Origin: Gemmatimonadales bacterium
GTDB taxonomy: Bacteria > Gemmatimonadota > Gemmatimonadetes > Gemmatimonadales > GWC2-71-9
Length of the DNA: 64,000 nucleotides
Assembly (NCBI GenBank): GCA_041577295.1
Contig: JBFGJG010000002.1
Location: 128,001-192,000 of the forward strand
Reading direction: 5' to 3'
Shown: positions 49,190-59,305 of the stretch, piece after piece
Layout of the letters: each line of letters starts with the position of its first letter
How positions within the stretch are numbered: the stretch's first letter is position 1
Translations under genes and position numbers: made by a program
The notes under the pieces: generated by a model
The model's database searches: none
What the model saw: only the letters and a program-made list of their open reading frames with translations
What the model was told of the DNA's origin: nothing

Positions 49190-50211
49190 CCGGCGCTAAT
49201 CTCTTTGCGCAGCAAGCTGCCAATCGCCGCCGGTCCCGTATCCTGGTCATCATTTTTCTGTTGTTTTTCGCTTGGGTCGGGTTCGGCGGCGATCTCGCCT
49301 TCACACTCGCCACCTCTGACGCTCCCGACGACGCCTATCATCACGTAATCCCCTGGTTTGGCTTCGGCGCGACGCTGCTCGGCGCGGGTTTAGCCTGGTT
49401 CGGGTGGCGGCGTGGGCCCAAGGAAGTGCTCTGGTCCACTGGAGCCTGGCAGATGCTCGAGGCGGACACGCCGGAGACAAAGCGACTCGTCAACGTGGTC
49501 GAGGAAATGGCGATCGCTTCGGGCTTGCCCGTTCCCACCATCTGGATCGTTCCCGATAAGGACCCCAATGCGTTCGCCACCGGCACCGACGAGCAAAACG
49601 CCCACATTGCGGTGACTGAGGGGCTGCTCGAAACGCTCAACAGGGAGGAGCTGCAGGCGGTCGTGGCCCACGAGATGGCACACATCCAGAATTACGATGT
49701 GCGGTTGATGACGCTTCTCGCATCCCTGGTAGGTGTCATTGCGTTGATCTCGGATGGCGCGTGGCGTTTCTTGCGGTTCGGGCTTCGCGGTGGAGGACGG
49801 AGTGTTCGTGGTTCCGGCAAGAAGGGCGGCGCCGCATTAGCACCAGTCGTGTTCGCGATTTGGCTCTTCACGCTCCTCCTCGCGCCCAGTGTGTCACGAC
49901 TCCTGGCCCTCGGTGTGAGCCGCAAACGCGAATACCTGGCAGACGCGACCGCGGCCCAATTCACCCGCAACCCGGGCGCCCTGGCGTCGGCGCTCAGGAG
50001 AATCGAAGACGCCAAGGAGCCCACGAAAGCCATAAAACGCGGTGCCGCTCACCTCTGTATTGCAGATCCGATGGGGTTTCGCCTCACACACCGGGACGGG
50101 GTCGTCGCCAACCTGTTTGCCACCCACCCACCAATGGCCGTCAGGATCGCCCGGCTCAAGGCCATGGCGTACCAGTACGAACAGACCGGGGTGCTTCCCG
50201 AAGAGGTCTGA
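49186..50211 (+). CDS. htpX: M48 family membrane zinc protease (HtpX-like)
   Basis: NVVEEMAIASG.P.P, PNAFATG, AHEMAH, SRKREYLADA, ATHPP. Confidence 0.88.
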   Translation: MTGANLFAQQAANRRRSRILVIIFLLFFAWVGFGGDLAFTLATSDAPDDAYHHVIPWFGFGATLLGAGLAWFGWRRGPKEVLWSTGAWQMLEADTPETKRLVNVVEEMAIASGLPVPTIWIVPDKDPNAFATGTDEQNAHIAVTEGLLETLNREELQAVVAHEMAHIQNYDVRLMTLLASLVGVIALISDGAWRFLRFGLRGGGRSVRGSGKKGGAALAPVVFAIWLFTLLLAPSVSRLLALGVSRKREYLADATAAQFTRNPGALASALRRIEDAKEPTKAIKRGAAHLCIADPMGFRLTHRDGVVANLFATHPPMAVRIARLKAMAYQYEQTGVLPEEV

Positions 50212-50264
50212 CAACGCCCGATCGGTGTTTCCCGCACCGCTGCGGTATTTTTAAGTAACACATC

Positions 50265-51224
50265 ATGCCTACCGATATCCCCAGCCTCGCTGTCGGCGCG
50301 CGTGTCGAAGACACGTTCCTCGTGATCGAGGTGCGCGCTCATACGATGGACACCGGGGATGTGTTCACGATTCTCACGCTCAGCAACAGCTCCGGGCGGA
50401 TTCCCACCGAGCCGTTTTGGCCAAGCCGCCAGGACGAAGTCGCAGGTTTGTCTCGAGGGAACGTGGTGCAGATCCTCGGCGAAGTGGGCACGTTCCGGGA
50501 GCGGCGCCAGCTCAAAGTCACATCGGTCAGACCCCTCCCGACCGAAACCGTCAATCTGCTGGCGCTGCTCCCGACGGTGGGAGCCGTAGACCGGTATTGG
50601 CAGGTGCTCGACGGTTGGCGCCGGGATCTCGAGCCCGGAGGGGTACGCACCACCGTAGACCTCTTTTACGAGGATGAGAACTTCCGGCAGCGCTACGAGC
50701 AGTGTCCCGGAGCCGTTTACGGTCATCATGCCGCGATTGGCGGACTCCTCAAACACACAGCCGAGGTCGCAGCGATCGGTCGCACGATCGCCCGCGCGAG
50801 CGGCGCCAACATCGAGTACGTACTCGCCGGGGCGCTGCTACACGACATCGGCAAGATCGAGAGCTACCGGTGGGACGGCCTGTTCGACTACACCGATGCC
50901 GGACGCCTCGTGGGCCACGTGACGCTCGGCGCTTTGATGCTCGAGCGTCGGGTTCGCGAGCAGGCGACCCCACCCTGCTCCCCGAGGGAGCTGCTCCTCC
51001 TGACACACTTCATTCTCTCACACCATGGGAGACTCGAGTGGGGGAGTCCGGTCCAGCCCATGACGCTCGAAGCGGAGGCACTCCACTGGGCTGATAATGC
51101 GAGCGCCAAAACATCGAGCGTCGCTGAGGCGCTGCGCGATGACGACAACTTCCCGGAGGGCTCGTTCTCGTCCCCGGTGCGTGGCTTGGAATGGCGCCGC
51201 CTCTACCGTGACGGCGGTGACTAG
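50265..51224 (+). CDS. OB-fold + HD-domain 3'-5' exoribonuclease (YhaM-like)
   Basis: N-terminal OB fold, HHAAIGGLLKHT, LLHDIGKI, LVGHV, ILSHHG.LEWGSPV.P.T.EA..LH.AD. Confidence 0.85.
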   Translation: MPTDIPSLAVGARVEDTFLVIEVRAHTMDTGDVFTILTLSNSSGRIPTEPFWPSRQDEVAGLSRGNVVQILGEVGTFRERRQLKVTSVRPLPTETVNLLALLPTVGAVDRYWQVLDGWRRDLEPGGVRTTVDLFYEDENFRQRYEQCPGAVYGHHAAIGGLLKHTAEVAAIGRTIARASGANIEYVLAGALLHDIGKIESYRWDGLFDYTDAGRLVGHVTLGALMLERRVREQATPPCSPRELLLLTHFILSHHGRLEWGSPVQPMTLEAEALHWADNASAKTSSVAEALRDDDNFPEGSFSSPVRGLEWRRLYRDGGD

Positions 51225-51244
51225 GGCGCCGCTGCAGGGCCGAA

Positions 51245-51430
51245 CTAGCCGAGGCAGCGGAGAGCGCGCTCGGCGCGGGCGAGCTCTCCTTTGATCGCGT
51301 CGAGCAGTGAGTGCTGCAGAGGGGTTTCGGCGCATTCTCGTAGCAGAGCCATGGCACAACGGACGCCGGCAAGCGCCCATGCGGCGTCGCGAAGGGTCGC
51401 GTGACGTAGCGCCTCCGGGCCGTGTGGCAT
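51245..51430 (-). CDS. Small helical hypothetical protein (61 aa)
   Basis: MPHGPEALRHATLRDAAWALAGVRCAMALL...; amphipathic, fills the gap; no clear RBS. Confidence 0.4.
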   Translation of the reverse strand: MPHGPEALRHATLRDAAWALAGVRCAMALLRECAETPLQHSLLDAIKGELARAERALRCLG

Positions 51431-51515
51431 TGAGATCCAAGGTGTCACGCCAAACACGGTAGCCTGATGCGGCGCGACCGCGTGTACCCTTCCAGCGAGG
51501 ACATGGTCCAAAATC

Positions 51516-51932
51516 GTGTCGTACCGCCATCTGCCCCACACAGCAGACCTTCGCATTGAGATCACCGCCAACCGGCGTGCCGGTTTATTTGAAGACGCCA
51601 CGCAGCTGATTGCTGAGCTCGTGGCGGGGACGAGTCCCGTGGGACGGACCTCGGCGAAACGGATCGAAGTGCAGGGCCATGACACCGCCGAGCTCTTGCT
51701 CAACTATTTGAGAGAACTGCTGTTCTTCTTCGCCACCGAACAGTTCGTTCCCCGTGAGCTCGAGCTGAACGAGCTAGCGCGCGCAAAGCTCGCCGGCACC
51801 GTGCACGGTGAACCGTTCGATCCCTCGCGACACGAGACGCAGCCAGAGGTAAAAGCTGTGACGAGGCACCAACTGGCAGCCGAAGCTATTGATAGCGGCG
51901 GCTGGCGAGCCGAGATCGTGTTTGACCTGTAA
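51516..51932 (+). CDS. Archease (RtcB activator)
   Basis: HTADL, LL..L.ELLF, GEPFD..RH, EVKAVT.H, IVFDL. Confidence 0.92.
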   Translation: MSYRHLPHTADLRIEITANRRAGLFEDATQLIAELVAGTSPVGRTSAKRIEVQGHDTAELLLNYLRELLFFFATEQFVPRELELNELARAKLAGTVHGEPFDPSRHETQPEVKAVTRHQLAAEAIDSGGWRAEIVFDL

Positions 51933-51977
51933 CGTGCAAGCGCGCGCTGTGGGTGTCCCCGCGATAGGTTTACGGTT

Positions 51978-53423
51978 ATGACACCACCACGGATCGAGGT
52001 TGAGCAGATCGATCAGTTCCGGTGGCGGGTGCCGCAAACCGGCGGCATGCGCACCTGGGGACTCATCTTTGCTGACGAGTCACTGATGCGCGATCTCGAG
52101 GGAGATCAGTGTGTGCAGCAGGTAGTCAACGTCGCACACCTTCCCGGGATTCGGGGTCCGTCGATCGCGATGCCCGACATGCACTGGGGCTACGGGTTCC
52201 CCATTGGCGGCGTCGCCGCGTTCGACGAGCGCGAAGGTGTAGTCTCACCGGGTGGCGTGGGCTACGACATCAATTGCGGAGTCCGGCTGCTGCGCTCGCC
52301 AATGACGCTCCAGGAGACGCGGCCTCTCCTGACCCGGCTGATGGACTCCCTATACGAAGGGATCCCTTCCGGCGTGGGAGCCTCACGTTCTGACCTGAAG
52401 CTCTCTCCGAAAGATCTGACAAGGGTGCTCACACGCGGCGCGCAGTGGGCCGTGGACGAAGGGTACGGTGTTTCCAGGGACCTCGAGTGCATGGAGGCAT
52501 CTGGTCGGCTCGAGGGTGATCCGGACGCGGTAAGCAACCGCGCGAAACAGCGGGGAACGAACCAGCTCGGAACGGTCGGCAGTGGGAACCACTTTGTCGA
52601 GGTGGGCTACGTGTCGGAGATCTACGACGAGGCCGTGGCCACTCGTCTGGGGCTGTCACGCAACACGGTGACGTTCTTCATTCATTCTGGCTCGCGCGGC
52701 CTCGGCTATCAGGTGTGTGACGACCACCTCGACCGGATGGTGCGGGCATCGCAGAAATACGGAATCGCGTTGCCCGACAAGCAGCTCTGCTGCGCGCCTC
52801 TGCGAAGCCCCGAAGCGAAGGAGTACCTCGGCGCCATGAACGCGGCCGCCAACTATGCATTCGCCAATCGCCAGCTCATGACGCACTACGTGCGGCGCAC
52901 GCTCCAACGCGTTGTTTCCACCGAAGTGGCCGAGCAAACGGATCTCGTGTACGACGTCGCACACAATATCGCCAAGTTCGAGACCCATACCGTAAACGGG
53001 GAGCGTAGCAGGCTCTGCGTCCACCGCAAAGGAGCAACGCGCGCCTTTCCACCTGGCCATGCCGAGTTGGCACCGCGTTTTCGGGATATCGGGCAGCCGG
53101 TGTTCATTCCGGGCGACATGGGTCGGTACTCATACGTCTTGGTTGGTACAGCGGGTGCTTTTAATGAGACGTTCGGTTCCACCTGTCACGGGGCCGGGCG
53201 ACGCATGAGTCGCACCCAGGCGAAGAAAGCCGCACGCCCGCGCAATGTTCCCAAGGAACTCGAGGCGCGTGGGATCCTCATCAGAGCCGCGAGCCGACGC
53301 ACGGTCGATGAAGAGATCCCCGAGGCCTACAAGGACGTCCGGCAAGTGGTGGACGTCGTCGATGGGGCTGGCATTGGTAAAAAGGTGGTGCAGCTCAAGC
53401 CAATGGGGGTGGTCAAGGGGTGA
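51978..53423 (+). CDS. rtcB: RtcB RNA 3'-phosphate/5'-OH ligase
   Basis: MPDMHWGYGFPIGGV, GVGYDINCGVR, GSGNHF, HSGSRGLG, YDVAHN, HRKGATRA, HGAGR, AYK. Confidence 0.96.
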   Translation: MTPPRIEVEQIDQFRWRVPQTGGMRTWGLIFADESLMRDLEGDQCVQQVVNVAHLPGIRGPSIAMPDMHWGYGFPIGGVAAFDEREGVVSPGGVGYDINCGVRLLRSPMTLQETRPLLTRLMDSLYEGIPSGVGASRSDLKLSPKDLTRVLTRGAQWAVDEGYGVSRDLECMEASGRLEGDPDAVSNRAKQRGTNQLGTVGSGNHFVEVGYVSEIYDEAVATRLGLSRNTVTFFIHSGSRGLGYQVCDDHLDRMVRASQKYGIALPDKQLCCAPLRSPEAKEYLGAMNAAANYAFANRQLMTHYVRRTLQRVVSTEVAEQTDLVYDVAHNIAKFETHTVNGERSRLCVHRKGATRAFPPGHAELAPRFRDIGQPVFIPGDMGRYSYVLVGTAGAFNETFGSTCHGAGRRMSRTQAKKAARPRNVPKELEARGILIRAASRRTVDEEIPEAYKDVRQVVDVVDGAGIGKKVVQLKPMGVVKG

Positions 53424-53447
53424 GAAAGGCAGTGTGAGGGGCGAGGT

Positions 53448-53491
53448 AAAAAAAGACGGCCGGGCATCCCCGAGGGGATCCCGGCCGTCTT
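53448..53491 (-). terminator. Intrinsic terminator oriented for a minus-strand transcript
   Basis: Minus strand AAGACGGCCGGGATCCCC-TCG-GGGATGCCCGGCCGTC-TTTTTTT. Confidence 0.8.
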
Positions 53492-53872
53492 CGCACTGGC
53501 TACCCGGAGCCAGGGGATTGACTCCCGCTGTTCTTCTTCCTGCTGCCGCCGCGGTTGTTCGACCAGCGGATAGGCACCGCAGGAGCTCCGGCCTCCATCC
53601 ACCAGCGGCCAGGCCAGGCCGTTGGCTTCGCCAGCGCGGGTGCTGCGAGTCCGATCGGGTCGCGGACCGACCTCTCGCACTGCGCACTGAAGCACCGAAT
53701 CAGTGCGGGTGAAGCGCGCGACTGGCCTCACCGGCTCAAGCGAGAGTGACCACCTGGATCGTCAAACGCGTGAGCCCTTGAAAGCTCTACGTTCTCCCCA
53801 GAATTCCTGCTTGAGCCCGCCACGCAGGGCGTGGTCAAGACTCGAAAGTCCCGACTCGATTTCTGCATTGGC
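53448..53872 (-). ncRNA. Candidate structured non-coding RNA, family not recognised
   Basis: No credible ORF; several hairpins and long-range helices; G-U pairs favour the minus strand; upstream TTGCGT-N17-GATATT; ends in a terminator. Confidence 0.5.
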
Positions 53873-54084
53873 ACGCCCAATATCGTGGCCGCACAGGAAT
53901 CACGCAAGCGCCGATATTTATTCGGCTTACGTCCCTTCTTGTGGGTCCCATGTGGATGGATAATTGGTCTGGGGATGCGGAGTTCGGAGGTTTATCCACG
54001 ACGTGTGGAATGTGTGCAAAACCGCTTTCCCGTAATGGTCCACAAACCAACACGAAAAGCGGAGAGGCGAGAGTGAGGGAGGCG

Positions 54085-54705
54085 CTACCCTTCCATTCCT
54101 ACTTCGTCGTACACGTACTGATCTCCAGCCACCAGTGGGGCGAAGAGCAGGCCACCGCCACTGGTTGCAAACCAGCCTGCGAGCAGCACGTTGGAGACCG
54201 CAGGAGCTGGTGCTTGAAAGAGCGCTGCTAGCCAACGTCTTACATGCTTGAGCTCCGGCCCTCGACGCGATAGCAACGAGATGACACTCCCAACCCCCTG
54301 CGTGGCACGGAGAAAATGCGCGATGGCGTGGACGCGTTGCGCAAACTCGTAGGCGCGCACTCCGGGTTCGTCGTATAGAAGCGACCCCTCGTACGGGTCC
54401 GCCGGTGGCGCATCGACCCGCGGTCCGAGGTACACGTAGATTCGCCGTCCATCGCGCCGCCGCTCCACGACCGCCGCGGCCGTCTCGCCAGACAACCGGG
54501 CGGCGTGTAGCACATCCGAATCGTTGAGGATCCCGACGGTCACCGTCCACTCCAACGCGGCCAACGCGTTGTGGAGCGGGCAACCCATCTCCTCGTCGTA
54601 CGCGATGAGGCGCGGTGCCTCACCGGCACGCTGAAAGAACCGACCGAGCGCTTCGGCTCGGTCCGACGTCGCATGGGTCGTTCTCGAAATCGCGGGAATG
54701 GTCAT
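54085..54705 (-). CDS. Hypothetical protein
   Basis: Globular-looking ORF from ATG 54705 (MTIPAISRT...). Confidence 0.7.
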   Translation of the reverse strand: MTIPAISRTTHATSDRAEALGRFFQRAGEAPRLIAYDEEMGCPLHNALAALEWTVTVGILNDSDVLHAARLSGETAAAVVERRRDGRRIYVYLGPRVDAPPADPYEGSLLYDEPGVRAYEFAQRVHAIAHFLRATQGVGSVISLLSRRGPELKHVRRWLAALFQAPAPAVSNVLLAGWFATSGGGLLFAPLVAGDQYVYDEVGMEG

Positions 54706-54870
54706 ATGCTTGCAAAATAACCCGACCGTGATGCAGCGCCTAGGTGTTGGAGCCATTTCCCGTGTGCGGGGTAGAGCTTCTGCGCCCACGTCGCGGGCAC
54801 CGAGACGCCTGCGCGGTCACGCCATACTATCGCTGCGCGTGCAGGCTTGCTAAACTCTGGCCGAGGCTCG

Positions 54871-55455
54871 ATGCGAACATTTCTGCTTGCGTTCACGCTC
54901 CTCGCAATGGCGCCCACCTTGGCACAAGATGGCGACCGACTGCACCGTCGATGGGTCGGTACGCACAGCGGTGGCTCTCTACATTTCGATTTTTACGGCG
55001 ACACGTTGTTGGTGGTGAACGACCGGTTTGCAGTGAACTACCGGGCAACACGTGATTCTATCGTCGTGATGGGCGACACCACCTTCGCAGTATCGTACTG
55101 GTTCGCGCTCGATCGCATGTTGATCCGCACCGCGCAGGACGAAGTGATCACGCTGTCCGAGCAGACCTCCCTCGCCCGACCACTCCACGGACGGTGGCGA
55201 GGGTCCCCGCTTGGATGGACAGACCGTGAGGTGGAACTGGTGTTGAGCCGCGGCGGATCGGCTCGTTGGCGAGCGACACCTGGTGGTGGCTGGAGTCAGG
55301 GCGAGTGGGATCGTGTTACCCGGATGATCACATTTACTTGGCTCCCGGACTCGGTTGTCTGGTCGGGGCAATACGATCCGACGGGGAACGCGCTGCTGTT
55401 CGAAGATGCGCCCCCTGGGGCTGGCATCCTCGTGCTACGCCGCGTGTTTCGCTGA
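54871..55455 (+). CDS. Secreted hypothetical protein with two beta-rich repeats
   Basis: Signal peptide MRTFLLAFTLLAMAPTLA; LHRRWVG / LHGRWRG internal duplication. Confidence 0.7.
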   Translation: MRTFLLAFTLLAMAPTLAQDGDRLHRRWVGTHSGGSLHFDFYGDTLLVVNDRFAVNYRATRDSIVVMGDTTFAVSYWFALDRMLIRTAQDEVITLSEQTSLARPLHGRWRGSPLGWTDREVELVLSRGGSARWRATPGGGWSQGEWDRVTRMITFTWLPDSVVWSGQYDPTGNALLFEDAPPGAGILVLRRVFR

Positions 55456-55471
55456 ACTCGCCTGCTGGGCT

Positions 55472-56329
55472 TCAGATCACCACAACTGGCGTGACATCAT
55501 TACTTCGCCTGCGGAATGTTTGCTCCGCTCGATCCAGCGCCTGGGCAACGGCGGGGTCGGCGGAATCGGGATACTTGACGCTTGATTCAATCACACCGGT
55601 AAACTGCCGCACCACGACGAGCGCGCGGGTCACCTCGCAGCGGGCGGGATCCGAATCGGTAAACCCTGACGTCAACAGTCCGCGAAAGAACGGCAGCGTG
55701 CGACGATCCGCGAGAACGTAAAGCGATTCGAGCAAGCGGGGGCTCAGAAACGTGCGGAGGTGGAGGTCGCCACGCACCGCGTTGAAGAGCCGGATCAGCT
55801 GAGCGGCTGCACCGTGCTCCGGATAATGACGTGCGGCTTCGGCAGCTGCTCCCAAGAACGCGTGATGTGCCACCGGCGTGAGGTATCGGGCGAATAGCGG
55901 CCACTCGCGCTGGCGATGCCGCTCGGCAAGCCCGAGAAAGGCAAAGTACCGCCGGGCAAGCGGAGCCGTCCCATCGTCCACAACGGTTCTCAGACCGGCC
56001 GGCCCGTAGCGCTGTGCAACCAGTGCAGCGGCCGTCGCGTGCTGGAGACGCTCCAACTCCGGCAGGCGAAAGGTTCGGACTCGCAGCGCCGCTGGCTCGT
56101 CTCCGGCCGCTATGCGCGGCAGGTACTCCAGCAACCCCAGCAAGAGCGCGTCGACTTCTCTCAGCGGAGGCTCCCAGCGTAACACGTCCCTCCGGCGGGC
56201 GCGCCCGAGCGCATCCCACCCGACGTCGGCGACGTCGAGTGCATTCCATCTGGCTTCCAGTCTCGCTGGGGTCTGTGCCGTGGCAAGCTGCCGTAAGGCT
56301 TCGGCGAAGCGATATACCGGTTCCGGCAT
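55472..56329 (-). CDS. Hypothetical alpha-helical (HEAT-like) protein
   Basis: 285-aa helical ORF; no family recognised. Confidence 0.65.
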   Translation of the reverse strand: MPEPVYRFAEALRQLATAQTPARLEARWNALDVADVGWDALGRARRRDVLRWEPPLREVDALLLGLLEYLPRIAAGDEPAALRVRTFRLPELERLQHATAAALVAQRYGPAGLRTVVDDGTAPLARRYFAFLGLAERHRQREWPLFARYLTPVAHHAFLGAAAEAARHYPEHGAAAQLIRLFNAVRGDLHLRTFLSPRLLESLYVLADRRTLPFFRGLLTSGFTDSDPARCEVTRALVVVRQFTGVIESSVKYPDSADPAVAQALDRAEQTFRRRSNDVTPVVVI

Positions 56330-56483
56330 AATCAGGAATGTAGGGCGGTCGGCAGCGGGTCGCGAGCGTAGCGTACCATATTGCGCTCCTCCCTCGAGGA
56401 CCTTCTTTTAAGCGGCGACTGCGCGAATCGTCAATGCGTAGCCGCTGCAAATCTGGGGCCGTTTCACATGGGAGAATGAGCGG

Positions 56484-57605
56484 GTGGAGACACGATGTAG
56501 GTTGGCAGTCGTTCCTCTCATCGGGCTCGGGCTCGCCTGTGCGTCGGAGCCAGAGCCGATCCGTATCGGGCTCGTGGGTCCGCTCTCCGAGACGCGGGGC
56601 GAGTCCATGCGTCTCGGTGCTGAGCTCGCGGTAAATGAGATAAACGCGCGGGGTGGCGTTGGTGGTCGACAGCTGCTGCTGGTCGCACGTGACGACAGCG
56701 CCACAGCCGAGCGAGCCGTGCGCATGGCCCTCGAACTCGCCGACACCCCAGGACTCGTGGCGGTAATCGGACATCTCACGAGCACGGCGACTTTGGCAGC
56801 CGCTCCGATTTACAATCGTCCACGCGATCCGGTCGTAGCCATCTCACCCACTTCATCCAGCCCGGCGATTACCGCTGCGGGGCCCTTCACCTTTCGGATC
56901 TGCCCCGATGATGGTGTTCACGGCGCGCGCTTGGCAGTATGGGCAGCCGAGCGGATGTCCGCGCGCACAGTCGCCGTGCTCTACCAAAACGACGATTACG
57001 GACGTGGAGTCCGGCGAGCCTTTACGCAGAGCTTTACGGCGCTGGGCGGAACTGTGATTTCCGACGACCCCTACGTGGACGAACTCCGCAGCTTGGAGCC
57101 TTACCTCTCCCGAGCGGATCGACGAGGAAGACCGGACGGCATCATGGTGGCGGGGACGAGGGCGGGTGCTGAACGCGTCCTGCTCACCCTTGACTCGCTC
57201 GGGCGCCGCCCCCTGGTCTTTGGCGGCGACGGCTTGGCTGGACTCGAAACGTCCACGCTGGTCAATCCGGAAGGTACGTACATCTCGACAGCGTACCTGC
57301 CGGATCTTGCCAGCGAACGCAACACGGCTTTCGTCGCCTCCTACCGGGCGGCGTACCAAGGTCGGGCGCCCGATCACCGCGCCGCCGGGACGTTCGACAT
57401 CGTCTCGCTGTTGTTTCGAGCGCTCGAGGCCGGGAACGTCGACCGCCAGTCATTGCGCGACTATCTCGCTGGAGTCGGAACGGTGACACCGGCGTTCGAA
57501 GGCGTGACCGGCGTGATCGCATTCGACGAGCATGGCGACGTGCCCGCCAAAGAAGTGGTGGTTGGCGTTGTCAGCAACCGTCGTTTGGTTACGGCGGCAC
57601 CATGA
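56484..57605 (+). CDS. LivJ/LivK-type periplasmic substrate-binding lipoprotein
   Basis: GLAC lipobox, [51 protein letters not shown]. Confidence 0.9.
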   Translation: METRCRLAVVPLIGLGLACASEPEPIRIGLVGPLSETRGESMRLGAELAVNEINARGGVGGRQLLLVARDDSATAERAVRMALELADTPGLVAVIGHLTSTATLAAAPIYNRPRDPVVAISPTSSSPAITAAGPFTFRICPDDGVHGARLAVWAAERMSARTVAVLYQNDDYGRGVRRAFTQSFTALGGTVISDDPYVDELRSLEPYLSRADRRGRPDGIMVAGTRAGAERVLLTLDSLGRRPLVFGGDGLAGLETSTLVNPEGTYISTAYLPDLASERNTAFVASYRAAYQGRAPDHRAAGTFDIVSLLFRALEAGNVDRQSLRDYLAGVGTVTPAFEGVTGVIAFDEHGDVPAKEVVVGVVSNRRLVTAAP

Positions 57606-59305
57606 ACATCCTCGACCGACTGAACACCGTCACGGTCCGCATCGGCATCGCGCAGGCGACGCTGGTTGCTGGCCTCGTGGTGGTGGCACTGATCGGCGTG
57701 GCCGCCCTTCGCACCGTGAGTGAGAGCGTCAGCGAGGAGTTGCAGAACCTCGCGCGTCTCTCCGACGTGAGCAGTGGACTCGTGGTGAGTCTGTTTGACG
57801 AGGTTCGCGCCGCCGAACAGTACCTTACAGACCAATCCGAAGCAGCCCGCAGCACGTTTGCCGCAGCCAGCGAAAACTCGTACGACTTCCAGCGTCGACT
57901 GCGGGCACTCCCCGATCTCACCGAGAACGACCGGTTGGTGGTAAACCGGCTCACCGCGCTCCAGTCGCGGGTAGAGGCGTGGTACTCACTCGCGCACGCC
58001 GAAAACGACCTCGGCCGACGAGAGGCCGCGATCGCCACAGCCACTGCTGGCCGTGCGCCCGCCGACGAGCTGATGGACCTCGTCCGAGAATTCTCCCGAG
58101 TGCAGCGCCTCCGGACCGAGGCGACGGCCCGGTCGCTCGAACGGGCAGCACGCGAGCGGCGGTTTGCGGTGTGGGCGGTGCTCGCGGCGTCGGTCGCCAT
58201 CGCCATTGGGGTGAGTCTCGCCGCCCTTTCGGGAGTCCGCAAACCACTCCTCCGACTCGAAGCTGCCGCAACGCGGTTTAGCGATGGTGATCTTCGCCCG
58301 TTCGACCTGGGTCGAGTGCCGGGTGAGCTTGCGGCCCTGTCGCAAGCCATCGGCCGAATGGGCGCCAAGCTCCGTACTCTCCTAGGTGAGGTGGTGCGCG
58401 AGGGTGAGCGGATCGCCTCCACCGCGGCGGATCTCTCGGCCATCAGTGAGCAACTCGCCGCGACGTCCGGTGAAGTGTCGACAGCCATGGTCGCGATGGC
58501 AGAAGCCGCGGATCGTCAGGTTACGGGGCTCGAGCTGACGGCGGCGGCAACGGAACAACTGCGCGCGGCGGCGCTCGAGAACAGGGACGTGGGTCAGCAG
58601 GTATCCCAGCTCGGTGGTGAGATCCGCCGACTCGCCGAGCGATACCGCCGTGATGTGGGCGGTGCCGCGACGGCGTTGCTCGACCTCGGCCAGGTGGTCG
58701 AGACGAGTGCCGCACAGGTCGAAGAGCTGGATCGGCTTTCCGAAGCGGTCTACGACTTCGTGGACCTCATCAAACGCATCTCGTCACAGACCAACCTGCT
58801 AGCCCTGAACGCCGCCATTGAAGCCGCCCGCGCGGGCGAGCATGGGTTGGGATTTGCTGTCGTTGCCGACGAAGTGCGTCAACTCGCCGACTCGAGCGCA
58901 AATGCGGCCGAAGAGATCTCGAGCACGCTCGAGACGCTGCGAGGAAAAGTGGGTGAGGTCTCGACGACGATGACTACAGGGCGCAGCAAAGTCAGCGGTG
59001 TCGAAAGTGTTGCGCAAGGCGCTGCCAAGGCGCTCGAGACCATCGTGTCGGCCGTGCAGCGCGTGGAAGACGCCGCCGGACGTGTAGAACGGGCAGCGCA
59101 AGACAACTTGGAGGCGTCAGAACGAATTCGGTCGGTGATTTCAGGCATGACCGAGACTGCACAAGGGTATGCATCGTCCAGTCAGGAGGTCTCGGCGGCT
59201 GCACAGGAGCAAGGAGCCTCAACCCAGGAGATGGCAGCACAGGCCGCGCAGCTCAATGAGGCCGCGGATCGACTTCGCGCTGTTGTAAAAGGATTCCGAA
59301 TCTAG
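57602..59305 (+). CDS. Methyl-accepting chemotaxis protein
   Basis: TM-sensor-[47 protein letters not shown] overlap with the SBP gene. Confidence 0.95.
   Translation: MNILDRLNTVTVRIGIAQATLVAGLVVVALIGVAALRTVSESVSEELQNLARLSDVSSGLVVSLFDEVRAAEQYLTDQSEAARSTFAAASENSYDFQRRLRALPDLTENDRLVVNRLTALQSRVEAWYSLAHAENDLGRREAAIATATAGRAPADELMDLVREFSRVQRLRTEATARSLERAARERRFAVWAVLAASVAIAIGVSLAALSGVRKPLLRLEAAATRFSDGDLRPFDLGRVPGELAALSQAIGRMGAKLRTLLGEVVREGERIASTAADLSAISEQLAATSGEVSTAMVAMAEAADRQVTGLELTAAATEQLRAAALENRDVGQQVSQLGGEIRRLAERYRRDVGGAATALLDLGQVVETSAAQVEELDRLSEAVYDFVDLIKRISSQTNLLALNAAIEAARAGEHGLGFAVVADEVRQLADSSANAAEEISSTLETLRGKVGEVSTTMTTGRSKVSGVESVAQGAAKALETIVSAVQRVEDAAGRVERAAQDNLEASERIRSVISGMTETAQGYASSSQEVSAAAQEQGASTQEMAAQAAQLNEAADRLRAVVKGFRI

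Noticed and set aside
53490..53872. tmRNA, group II intron or protein-coding gene
   Set aside because: No tRNA-like ends or tag ORF, no domain V signature; the ORFs here are low-complexity, lack RBSs or run antisense into rtcB
53834..53931. RNase P RNA (GAAAGTCC and TTCGGCTTAC on the plus strand)
   Set aside because: The two motifs are only about 80 nt apart, P4 pairing is imperfect, and the stems favour the minus strand
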